NCBI GenBank assembly: GCA_003971905.1
Contig: RSEE01000057.1
Span: 124,001-188,000 of the forward strand
Reading direction: 5' to 3'
From: Moniliella sp. 'wahieum'
Taxonomy: Eukaryota
DNA: 64,000 nucleotides
Below the pieces are notes generated by a model, which was given only the letters and a program-made list of their open reading frames with translations, ran no database searches and had not been told where the DNA came from. Every line of letters starts with the position of its first letter. Position 1 is the first letter of the stretch. Position numbers and translations under genes: made by a program. This document shows positions 37,141-49,118 of the stretch, piece by piece.

Positions 37141-40100
37141 AAAGGCACACATTTCAGGCTAACAAGAAGGGGGGACGGGGCACTATATCAAATGGGGGTG
37201 TTCGCGGCGGCGGGGGGGGGGTGGTTCAAAGAGGTCGTCTGCTGTCAACCGCGTGTGGGCATTAGGGGATAGAAAATTGATGGGTAATAGGGGGGGGGCA
37301 ATCGGATAACCCATTGCTCAGACCTTGAGCCGAGATACCCAACCTGAGTGATGCCGGCGATGGAAGTTGACGAGGCAGCCTGCCCACTTCTTCGCCAGGA
37401 CAGCCCACTCAGCGCTTGTGGCGACCTTCCATTGGCTTGGAATTTGATTATCAACCAAGGCTCAGCGCTCTTCAGTCTCACAAGGATCAATCATTCTCAG
37501 CTCAGCCGCTCAGCTTTTTTGAAGGCGAGTCGGCCGCAGAGGGAGGTTGACGATATATTGTTTTGAGCTTTGCCTCTCTCTTCTCTCGCATATTCTCTTC
37601 ATCAATGGCCGCCTACACGCTCTTCATCCTCGGCCTCACAAGCCCCCCGGGTATATCCAGGCTGGATACCAGTGGGAAGAGCGTCCATAATTCTTGTGCT
37701 GGTGGCACCAAGGGCCTCCTTTACAACGAGACCCACTTCGACACAGGGGGGGTGGCCTCTTCGTGTCTATAGTAACGCCGTCTGTATATAACCCTGTGCT
37801 CGACTGCTATGATCCTTTGCTCCCCTCGGCAACGCCGACATATGCAAACTTTCAATTGCAACGCATCCGAACCAGGGGACTTCGTACAGCCTGCTGACAG
37901 TGCTGACATGTGGCACGTGTGATGCACCTGCTGGCACCTGCTGCCATTTTGAAATGTGGCGAAAAAACCAGGGGAAAGGCCTACGATCCTGAGACTGAGA
38001 TGCAAGGTCTGATGTTCAGGGGAGGCTGTCGCGTCGCATCAGGCCTCGGGATCGATACAACCAGATGGCATAGAGCCACCATCTTCTGCCATATGGCCAC
38101 CCCGCTTCATCTTGCACTAACCCCCCCTCCCCTCGGCAAATCCGCAACCGGGGGAGGAGGCGGACCGAGTTAGCTCCGTGTGTAAAAGTCATTAACTTGT
38201 TGCAAAACCCACCGCAAAGGAGGAGACTCGGCGAGCGACGTATACTCAGTTGTTCGGCAAAAATGGGTTGTGAGTGTGAGCCTGCGTGAGCATTGTGAGC
38301 CACAGCGCCATGTGATGTTGAGGTACGAAAACATTGAAGGGGATACGCGTGTGTACGGCGTGGTGAACGACAGTCAACGTGGTCAACGTGAGCGCGTGAA
38401 CATCAACGTCAGTGCCATTATCACATGCAACGTTCAATCTGTTCCACATGTTCAGCAGGCGTCGACATTTGTGCCTCCAACAACATCTGTATCATCAACT
38501 TCACAGAGCCCACACAAACAAATCAATCCCTTTTCACAACCACGTCCCCGACGCCGTAGAAATGAACGATCTTATCAGCAGGGCAACCCGAACTGTAGTT
38601 GTACACGGCAGTTCAGTATGCCCAGCAAACATTCACAACGTTTAGAACGCATTCGGCTGAATTGTGTGTTTGGCCTGCGATGGATTCGGTGGTCGACACG
38701 TTCGTCACCTCGCTCGTTCGCTGTAGTACGTGATGCGGAAAGAAGTGTTGTGCACCTTTTCATCGACCATCGACCATCGATCAGCATCAGCATCAACGGC
38801 GACCGGTCGGTCACCTATAACGCTGAACGCGGCGGTTGCCGCCATCGCCGCCACAGTTTTGTCCAGCTGTGGCGCCACACTGGTGTAGTGGCGCCGGTAG
38901 CAAGCCCGGGTCATTTTTCCTTCCAATATTCCTTCCTGGAGGGCAGAAATCTTCTCTGGCCTCTGTAGCTCATGTGCAATGCAATACAGCATCAACTGCG
39001 TACTCTCTGGTCTTCTATGCCGATACACCCACCATCGAAGGGGCCTATATATGGCCACACGAGGGAGAAATCGGGGGGTTGGCGATATCCACCCAGGCAA
39101 GGTCGACTCGGTTGGAAACGCACGTGGATGATCGATGATCGATGAGGATTCTTGGCTGGCGTAGCGCCTGATACCTGATGCATGACTGCACAACCGGTTA
39201 CCGGTTACCTAAGGCCTAACCGCGGATTACCCAATGCAACTCTTCCAGTTCCCGCCACGTGTGTATCAGGATCATGCATCGTGCATCATGCATCGTGCAT
39301 CACATGAGGCACCCTCGTGTGTGACATGTGACATGCATAAAACAGCTACTTGGCAGGCACTGCTCCCGTTGCATGGGACCGCGAGGTGTGTCAGGGTGCC
39401 ACATCTCAGGGTGTGTCTCGTGGTGTGTCTCGGCATAGAAAAGGGGACACTCGGTTAGTATCCGTTCCTATCCACATATGGAAAGGCAGGGAAAGCCACA
39501 ATACCTATCCGGCACTTGTCTCCCCTGCCGCAGATGGCTGTTCCTGAGGCCTGAGGCGCGGCAAGGGGAGAGCCAGGAAGAACATGGGGAGAACCCCAAT
39601 AACCGCGGTAACCGGAATAACCTGAATAGCCAACCGAAAGCCAAACATACGAGCACGCCGTGGCTGCCAGATTATCGATCGTCTCGCGAACTGGGCCAGT
39701 GTTCAACGTCTGAACGTTCAAGTTCACGCTCAGCGCTCAACGAGGTCAACGCCTTCGATGAGTGTGATGGTTTAGTAGCCGCCTTGTTGGCACCCATGCG
39801 AAATGAGGGGGGGTGGTCACCGGTCATAGTTCCTGGAAACACAGAAGCCGTGCGATGCCATCTGCCGTCTGTATACTTGCCGCATGGGGGGGAGACCATT
39901 GCAGCTCTATTTGATGTGCCTGGGGTGTGGCCGGTGGGAGCCGGACGCCCCAATTCGCAGATCTTGGCGTTATATATTCTCCGTGCCTTCCCCTGGTGCC
40001 GCGGTCACAAATCCAGTGATTTTCACAGGGTCCAACCCCCCCTTCCCCCCCTCATTTGAAGCGAGAGGGGGGAGGGGGAGGAAGGAGAGGAGGGGGGGCG

Positions 40101-40392
40101 TGTAAATTTTTGGCTGTTGGCTATACTAACTATAAGCAGCTCGATTTCGCTGGATCCGCTATACCTGCGTCAAACAGAACAAGCCATACCCGGCGGGAAA
40201 CCACACTCGTGGACAGCTTTCTTCTGTATTCGGGGGGGGGGGGGGGGAGGGGTGCACCATCCTTCTTTGTTCAACGAGAGCTCGACGAAAACGGTATATA
40301 ACCCCTCTCGTTTGGACACCATTCCTATTTCCTCACCACACAGCTTCTCTTCGCCTCTTCAAGCTTCTTCGCTTCTCCTTCTCTTCTTTACC

Positions 40393-40948
40393 ATGCAGTT
40401 CTCGACTATCTTTGCCACCATTGCCGCTGCCGCCGCCGTTGCTTCGGCCGCTGCCATCCCCAAGAGGCTGAGGCCCCCGCCAAGCGCGGGTACCAGGACT
40501 ACCTCGATGGTATGCTGACTTGGTACGCCGGCTCGTCGCTTGACGCTCCCGCCTGCGGTGGCCCTACCCCTAACGACTGGGACATGGTTGTCGCCGTTGC
40601 CGCCGACTCTCCCTACCCTTGCGGGTCCACGGTTCACCTGCACGCGTACGTATTTCTCATCCGACCAATATTCCTGACTGTTGGTCCAACAGCATTTGTC
40701 GAACATGATACTTACCCTTTTTTCTGCAGCAACGGCAAGATGGTTGCCGCCACCGTCGTTGACCAGTGCGCCGGGTGCGACGCTCACGTGAGTATCAATT
40801 TTCTCTATATTACTTTTTGGGAAACACACATATTCTGACCTCTCTTTCCTCTTATGCAGCACATTGACGCGACCAAGGCCGTGTTCTTGCTCTTGCTCCT
40901 CTGGACCAGGGCGAGATCTACGGTGTGCACATCGTCTCGTTCAACTAA
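40393..40948 (+). CDS. Secreted RlpA-like double-psi beta-barrel (expansin/loosenin-like) protein
   Basis: Signal peptide MQFSTIFATIAAAAAVASA, dibasic KR sites, TWY...ACG, VVAV, CG, VVDQCAGC and HIDAT..VF motifs. Introns 40646-40729 and 40788-40859. Confidence 0.88.
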
Positions 40949-41479
40949 GCGGCTGCCTGCAGTGCATGCCCTTTCTTCAGTTGAATGGTGCCTCCCATCA
41001 CTTCCATTCTTTCCTTGCCTTACTTCTTCTTCCACTCAGAAGGATGAGCCCTTGATATGGCCGAGAGCTGCTATGGTCTTTGACGCCTACAGCCTTTGTT
41101 TTTGGGTTCTCTTCTTTGTGACTCCTGTCATTTTGGGTTCCTTTTTTGAAGGCAATGCTCCGCGCTGCCTCTTTCCCTCCTGTATACTACCGTCCGCCTG
41201 TGGTGGTCATGGTTTTCCTCTAAAAAGTCATCAGTGCGCCTATGCGTGCGCACGTACACTTTTACACTCTTTCTATTGTGTGGCAGCATTGTGGCGAGAG
41301 AAACACAGACAGAATAATAGTGGATTTTGTGTAACGCGTTATCGTGTGGCCCTTTTCGAAACATCTCATTCCGTCATTTTCCCGTCAATGAGCTCATTTT
41401 TCCAGTCCAGGAGCTAGTCCCAACGGAAAAAGCTCGGAGATGGCCACCGTGATATCCCCAATCCCAATTGTCGTACATC

Positions 41480-42780
41480 CTCATTCATATCATTCACAAA
41501 GCATATGAAGGCAGGGACATATAATGCTGCATCTCTATATCAGACTGGCTTTCTCCTATGTCCTGTGAATCAACCCAATTTGAGGACCTCAAGGGAACCG
41601 AGAGCAGAGAGGTCAGGGCCTTCGGCTCCGCTAATATGTCTTTTCCCAAAATCGGATGTAGTGCCATTAGTGTCGACAGGCGAGCGATGAGCTATCTCCA
41701 ATGAGGATCCTAGTCAGCAAGGCTTTTCCGTGCTTCAATGTCTTGTTGACCCTTTTGGGGGCATGATACCCCCGCGTCCTTTTATGGTCAGGGGGAAGAA
41801 CGGCTCTTGAGGGCGTCTCTGGTAATACTTTCTCGGCATTATCTTCCTCCAACCGTCAAAGGCGCCTCTTCTAGCATTCTACTCTCGCTTTGCTGTTACT
41901 AACATGTGTACCACCTTCCGGCGCGCAATCCTCATATTACCTACTCTGTGCCCGAATCTATTGCCTCTTTTTTTCAAGGTACAGTCCACCTCTGCACATT
42001 GCTAAACCTCGGAACGCTCCTGGTTTTATAATCCTGTCGTCTGTACGCCCAGGCTTCCTTCCAGACGGAGTATCGTCCTCTTCCTTCATAGCCAGCTCGT
42101 AATAAGCTCATGTGGTGTCGAATGCAAGTTGCCGTGACCATGGTATAAGCCGCACTGTGCTCTCGCAAAAGAACACCCTCTCCCGGTCCACCCCAAAATC
42201 CACCAGCTCAGCCAATTGTCTTCGCCCTAACCGACTGTACCTATCCCACTCTGCTCACATAGAAAGGTGGAACGGCGGGTTCCCGTGGGCACGGCGGGTT
42301 CCGGTGGGCACGGCTAGCAGTGCCAAACATTCAAAACGAGGAAGTGCTAGCGGATGATATTCTTACTGCCTTCGCAGCCTCCGCTTGCTTCTGTTGGGGG
42401 GGCAGTGCTAGGCTTCCCTCTCGGCCCTCAGTGGATCGGTGACGCTCTCGCTTAACCGGTCGAAAGAGTTCCGCTCGCAGGCCGCGCACGCCCTGCTCGC
42501 TCCATCTCCCTTCTCTCTCTCCTTTCTCCTTCCCTTCAGACGTTGCTTGAAGACTTGTGGCTCACCACTTTGCCTTCACGCCTTGTCTGAAGGCTGCTTT
42601 GCAGCTGATCCATAGGATCGCGAGTGCTCTCAAGTCGCACTCTAGCACATCGGGCCTACGGCCCGGTCAGCTGGGGCTTCGCCCCAGCTTGGTACTTGTC
42701 GCCACCTTAGCTACCGTTCCCCCTTCGCCACCTTTCCTTCGCCATCGTAGTAGAAATAATATCACTGATACGCTCTGGCT
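41480..42780 (-). mobile_element. Decayed CRE/Cnl1/MoTeR-like non-LTR retroelement 3' region (copy C, inverted relative to copy A)
   Basis: Minus strand reads ELAMKEEDDTPSGRKPGRTDDRIIKPGA, EVDCTL, RRKVVH and QEPFFP. DNA matches to copy A include TGGAGATAGCTCATCGCTCGCCTGTCGAC vs TGGAAATGGTTCCTCGCTCGTATGTCAAC. The 5' limit is the weakest part of the alignment. Confidence 0.7.
42272..42314 (+). repeat. 19-bp tandem duplication ACGGCGGGTTCC(C/G)GTGGGC
   Basis: Two near-identical units plus a partial third. Confidence 0.85.
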
Positions 42781-42831
42781 GCGGGTGGCTGGGAGCGTGG
42801 CACCGGTCGGCACGTGTCTATGACGTAAAAG

Positions 42832-43970
42832 ATGCACGGCGGATACTTTTTGCGTATGCCTCTTCGGCTGGGAGGATGTGGCAGCCCGCTTTACTCGTAT
42901 ATCGCGCCCCACGCCCGTGCCGCGGCCAACGAGGTCAACGACTATCTTATTACCACTTATGTTGACCGTTCGGGACCGCAAACGGCAAGGGCCAACGCAT
43001 TTACGAAGCAACGCCAGCGCTGCCGCGAGATGTGGGAGCAAAGTCGACAGGAGCTGCTCCAGAAGCTGGACGCTGCCGATGGTCGCCATGTGGTTGAGCA
43101 CAGCAACCCGCTGAGCCACAACTGGCTCTCCGCCATTCCATCCGTCCCGTACCTCAAGCTCTCGACCAGCAGGTCCAGGTTGGTCTCCAGCTCCGCACGC
43201 TGTGCCGCACCACGCGCAGTATGTGCAAGTGTGGCGTCATGTCCTCGCTGGAACACATCATGTCCTGCACCCGCACCCAGGCCAAGTTTGGTGCGTTGCA
43301 TGAGGCAGTGCGGGAGCCCATTCTCCAGCTCCTACGCTTCATCCCCGACACCCACGTCCACAACGAACCTATGGTGGAGGAAGAGGATGGGACGAGGCGC
43401 GGACGGAAGGCACAGCGCACCGATTACCGCGTGATGGGGCCCGGAGCACGGGAGGAACCGGAATGGAGGTAGACCACACGCTGCGCGACACGGGATCGCA
43501 GGAGGCGCAGAGCGTGTACCGGCGGGTGGTGCATGAGAGCACTGCGTCGCCTTTGGAACGCCGGGAGAAGGAACTGCTTCGGCTGCTTGAACAAGCAGAA
43601 TGCGACAAGAACGCCAAGTACCAGGGACGCACTCAAGAACCGTTTTTCCCCTGGTTTTGACGACGCGAGGATACTACGGCACCAAGACGGCGGGCAAGTT
43701 GTTTGCGCATTGGAAGGAGTTGGCTACTAAGTCTCAGTGGAAATGGTTCCTCGCTCGTATGTCAACCACGTTCCTCCGTGTCCACACGCGCTTCCTAGGG
43801 TACGGGACCGGATGGCGAGAGCCGGAGGGTCCTGATATCCTGGCAATCCCCCTGGTTCCTTGACTTAGTGGCGCTTCCAAACAACCCCGCAAGATGAACG
43901 GTTCGGTTTAGACGTAGCGTTCCCCTGTCCCAGCCTAAGCTCTGTCAATGGAATGCACACAACATGAGAT
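42832..43970 (+). mobile_element. CRE/Cnl1/MoTeR-like non-LTR retroelement 3' region: CCHC knuckle plus restriction-like endonuclease, no RT (copy A)
   Basis: MPLRLGGCG, WLSAIP, CKCG....EHIMSC, LHEAVR, NEP, RTDYRV, EVDHT, DKNAKY and FFPLVLTTRG motifs. Stop at 43863, then about 110 bp of 3' tail shared with copies B and C. Confidence 0.85.
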
Positions 43971-44682
43971 TCGGAAGTAGAGATTGATGCTGCGGCCCCT
44001 TTGCCCGCTCAATTTCAAAGCCAGGCAGTGTGGGGTAAAGTGGGTAGCCAGAGGCTGCAGATTTCAATTTTAGCTTTCAGCGCTGAGCGCCTCAGCGCTG
44101 ATAATGATTTCAGCAATGATCGAGATCATCGATTAAATTACCGCGTCATACGTCAGTACTCAGTCCGGTTCGGTTTAATTTGAAACAGCCCGCAGCCGCA
44201 AAGCGCGCAGCAACAAAAAGTGCGTCAAGTGCCGCCACCACCTTTCGTCCGCCTCGGGCCACTTGTTTCCGCGCTCCCCGTGAGCCAGCTACGCCCAGCT
44301 GCGCCACCGCCATGCCTCACAGCATGAGCAGGGTTTAATTACCTCCCGTCTGGCGCCCCGACTGAGTGCCGCAGCGGAGGCTAAGCGCTAGGCGCTAGGC
44401 TCGACAAAGATATCTTGTCCTGAGCTGAGACGAACAACGGTGCTGGGCAAGCCGAACTCAACGGCGGGCGGCACTATACAACTGTGACATGTGGGTTGTG
44501 AGTCGTGAGTGCTGAGCTGATATCATCCTGTATTTTGTCGATCTGGGCGTTGGAGCGCGTTGAACGACCAGCGGTTTGAACTGGATTCGTATCTGTGCAT
44601 ACCTATACTGTGAGTAAACTGATACTTCTTGCCTTCCATCCTACCATCACCATCACTGTCTCCCCAGCCCCGCCGCCACTTG

Positions 44683-46700
44683 ATGCTCCAAGCAACTACG
44701 GTAGAAGCCCGTCCCACGTCCAACCAACTTCCCTGGGCTTTTGGCCCACCGCCGGTTGAGGTGGCGCTGCAGATAGCCACGTCGGGGTTGTGCTAAGCCC
44801 GCTCGACTGCTTCGTCTCGCTGCAACGTGCCGAGGTGCGTCCCTGTGTTTTGTGCATTTCCTTAGCTCTGACCCGAATGACAGAATGGAATGCACTACTA
44901 GGGAGGAATACATCTGGCACGCATTAGATGTTCGAATCCTCCATCTTCCTTCTTTCCACGCACCCTTAGACCAAGCAGCCAAAGCGGCCGGCCTGGAACG
45001 GCCCCCGGCGTCTTGTTCCAGCTGATCAACCATGCTGAGCAACTTGAGCGACCGTTCGGATACACCTTCGTTGGAGACCGTCTACTTTCCTGCTCTGAGA
45101 AGGCGCTCCTTTGGCGCGCACTGTTCCTCAAGTCCGCGTCCTGACCAGCAAAGGGTGGGATCGGGGTGGCTCATGGTTCCAGAGCAAGATGCTTTGTGGT
45201 GCCCAACACACCTTCCCCATTCGTCCCAAATGCCCACGTGCACTTGGTTGACGCGCGAACTGAATTTCCCATGTGGTCCTACAGTCCTTCCACCAGCCCC
45301 GGTCCAGGTCAAGTGACCGCCTGTGGCGCTGTGCTGAGCGGCGATTGGTTGGCAATCGAATGTGCTGTAGTCTTCCGTTCTCCGGGGGATCAATCTTCAA
45401 TGCAGGTATGGTATGGAGTAGCTAACGCGCCTCTTCTTCCAAGGGAAATCTCTACTGGGTACACAAAACGGTGTGGGCTTCCGTACACAAATCTACGTTC
45501 ACCCTGGCCAAGCGGAATCCTGCCTTGGGTTTGAATGGGTGCGCGATGTCCCGTTGGCCAATACCATCTCCCTTGACTCCCCACCGGCTCAGATCCACTA
45601 CCCATGGCTCTTCTTCATGTACGTAACCGTCTTACTTTCCGTGGGGGGGAACACTAACCCAGTCGCACAGGGATCCAGACGTGTTAGTAGTAGGGCACAA
45701 TCTCTACGGGCCACGTTGACCTAGAGCTGAGATGGGACTCCAGTACGACGTCCGTCGCCCCTCTGGTTGGTACGTACCAATTATTTTGCCTAGCAAGCAC
45801 AATACTGAGACCTATTGTTCCAGGCACCCGAGAGAGATTTGTTCATGGAAAACGTCCCCGTTCCAATTCGTGTTGACGACAAGTTTGTACTGATCATGCC
45901 GGGCCAGCGGGACGTGGTAGCCCTGGACCGGCAGACGGGGGAAACTTGTTGGTCCTTTAGCGAGATGATGGATGGGCGGGGGAAGGGCCCGATTCCTCCC
46001 TCGTCTGGGTGGGACCTTACCCTCTCCCATCCGGGCGAGCAACCTGCACTTGTCCAGACGTTTTGCGACCTCGCCTCACATCAGCTCCTTTCCTTCTACC
46101 TCGATCCGTCCAGTGAGACGCTTCTGTTGGAGACCGCTGGTGGAGAGGGGGAAAAGAAAGAGCCGCACGTCTGGGTGTTGAAAAATTACCTTCATGCGTT
46201 TACCGGACACGTGCACCGTGGTCCTGCTTGGCTCGCTTCGGTTCGCCTGGTACCCGGGATGGACAGCACACTCAACTTGGACAGTAAGTGGTGCGTATGT
46301 CAAGGCCGGGCCTGGTTGCCAGTATTGCTACCTCGGTGGAGGTACGACGGGAAGAGGTACCAGCGCAAACCAGCTCCCCGCAGCTCGTACCACCTTGGTT
46401 TCGAAGCAGGGTACTTGTGTCCCATCATTCTCGATTGGAAGCATGCGCGCTCGCCTGCAGAGTTACGGGCCAGTTGCCTACCGATTGGCCCTGTGCGTCT
46501 GGAAGACGAGCAGGGAAGGAGAAGGGCACTATGCTTCCCCCTATTACTTCAGACTTGGAGACGGACCGCACCGGGGACCCACCTCTGTTGGCAGGAGTTG
46601 CGTTAACCATGTACCAGGTCCGCTTGTTGCCCTACACGGCCTGCCGCGCGTCGCTTTTGGTCACTACGTTTGACACGCCTTCCCGCAAGGAGGTGGAGAG
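44683..46700 (+). CDS. Putative F-box protein with a beta-rich C-terminal region
   Basis: PPVEVALQIA..L.P.D...L, then an intron (GTGCGT...GACAG, about 44835-44883) and EEYIWHAL. Long downstream ORF 45815-46606 containing VVALDRQTGETCWS. Gene structure uncertain. Confidence 0.45.
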
Positions 46701-47402
46701 GGGGAGCCACTCCCGCTTCCGGAACAGAGAAACTTGCTTCTGCAGTTCAACTGGGGCCCCTCCTGGGACCGAAGGGAGCAGGGTGCGGGTCGGGTGCAAT
46801 GAGCTGAGATGCTATAACGCCTTTCCGTTGGCTCACACAACACTCTGGAAACGTTTTCATCATTTGGACGCCGTCGCATACGGCACTTTGCTATGGGTAT
46901 ACACTGGCGCGGTCTCACCAATTCTTCTTGGGTCACTTGCATACACGGGTTTCACACTTCACTACCACCATTCTCTCAGTCCTGCACATACCTCACACGA
47001 ATTGGCCAAACCAACCAATCATAATCTCTTTCGTTGGTATCCTCTATTATTTTGGTTGTGTGCCAGGGATGGCCGGAGCACAGTATAGACCGACGGGGGG
47101 GTGTACATTCGGTCGCCCAGAGAGAGTTGTACGAGCAGTAATCATAGTACGATACCAAACAGAATCAACGTTCAACCCTGCAGAGCATATTCATGCACAC
47201 ACAAAAGTACAAATACGACTGTCCATGTGAAGGAGAGAACGAAGCTCGGGGGAGAATAATAGAAGTTGGGCAGTGGCCAGAAATGGCGTGGAAAGTCTAG
47301 CAAGCTGCCCACCCACGATCAAGGCGACGGATGATGGATAGATTAGAGACCGATCTCCCTATTCCCCTTTCATGCTTCTTCACCTACCCGCCTTTGGCCC
47401 GC

Positions 47403-49118
47403 TCAAGCCGCGCCCCAAAAGGCAAGCATACCCTTGAAGTCGGGCACGCCCAAACCTGTCGCGGGGTCCCACCCTTTTCCGGAAGGGAAGCACAGGTTCA
47501 TGTCCGGGCAGCCACAGGTGGTGCCCTGGACGATATCCCGAACCGCGCCTTGCTGCTGGCCATCGCGGTAGAGGCGAGGGTGAACAAAGCCGACCGTCTT
47601 GCGTCCCTTTTGGCGCAGAGCCGAGTTGACCAGCGCCAGATGCGCGGCCCAAATGGGCGCCGAGGCCGAGGTACCAGCAACCGTCTCGGTGGCATTGTTC
47701 ACCACCACAGCAATCGCCTCGCCAAAGGCAGAGACGTCGGTGATCCCGCGTCCGGTTTGATTGACATACTTGGTCAGGTTGTGCGGGACAGCGCGTTCAA
47801 GTAGGCAGAAGAGATGTTGGCTTGCCAGCTGGGTACCTCGTTGAGGTTGCTCCAGCCCGCACCGGACCAGACGGCAATGTTCTCTTCGGGCGCGGTGAGC
47901 GGGTTGGTGGCGTGTTCGGGGTTGGTGCCGGTAGTGCTGCCGACGACAAGGATGGAAGAAGAGGTAGGCCAGGGAGGCTTGATGCCATTCTTGCAGCTCT
48001 CGTTTGTTTCGTCCACACCGGAATCTCCACTGGCAAAGACGGTCGTGGTGCCTTGTGCCGCCAGCGCCAACGCTGTCTTGTACCACCGCCGCGCATCGTC
48101 CTTGGTCAAGTCGGACTCGGCCGGTCCGTAGGAAACACTAATCACCCCAGGCTTCGCCCCACTGTCCAGTACCTTCTCCAGGGGCTTGAGGAACATATCG
48201 TCACCGGTCACCCCGCTCAAGAGAAAGTCCACCTTGAGAGGAGCGGCAATGCCTACGGCCAACTCCAGGTCCAGCATGGTCTCATCCCCACTTGTTGGGC
48301 CGGTGGCCGAATCGATGCCCATAGTGGAGGTGGCAACCTGATAGTTGGCCTGGTCGGGACGGTACTGCTGCAAATATGAAGTCAGGTCCGAGGGAAGGAA
48401 TTGCTGATCCGAGCCAAACCCAATGATCAGCAGATCCGTCTCGTTGCTGCCAACGGGCTTAAAGTTGGCCGAACCATAATGGTTGCGGATGCAAGACAGG
48501 GTGACAAACGTGTCGGAGCATCCTTGCGGGTTCTTCTTCGCCGAAGCCTCCGCCCTCTCTAGCTGGTCCGGAGTGTAGCGATGACGAAGACGGTGGCGCG
48601 GGGCGGGAACCAAGAAAGAGGTGAGAGGCGTGATGCTCTCCACAGCATCCTCCAACGCATCCGGGACCGTGTAGGATTCGGAGCGGTAGACGCGCACGTT
48701 GCCGGCCAGAGAGTAGAGGCCGAGTGGGCGTGGAACCTGGTGGCCACATCCTTGTGACTGCTGTTGAACGATACTCGGTCACCCAACGGACTCCACTCGA
48801 CATCTGTGATGTCGTTGGCAGCGAGCCAGGCAGTGACAGCGTCCTTATGGGCAGGACGAGGGGACAGGTAAGCCTTGATCTCGTCGGGGGTGAGCCATTG
48901 GCCCTCCGGGTCGGCAGCCAGCTGGGTGACCTTGTCGTCGAGCGCGTCGATGCGGTCTGAAGCAAGGTGGAGCGTCAGCCGGTAGGGCTCGGTGGGTGCT
49001 TCGCCGCGGGCGGCGGGATCTTCTTGACAGAGGCGCTGGCCGGGGCGTAGTGGACGCGTGCGGCCGCGGCCAGGCTGGCGCCGAGGACGGCGGACGTGGC
49101 AAGGGAGGGGAAGAGCAT
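47403..49118 (-). CDS. Secreted sedolisin/tripeptidyl peptidase (peptidase S53) with prodomain
   Basis: Signal peptide, Y.VP, ETMLDLE (Glu/Asp), VISVSYG, FASGDSGV, GTSASAP (Ser) and GWDPATGLG motifs. Several frameshifts. Confidence 0.92.

Noticed and set aside
37563..39193. ORFs of 160-230 aa on both strands
   Set aside because: No domain motifs or convincing start/intron structure; left unannotated.
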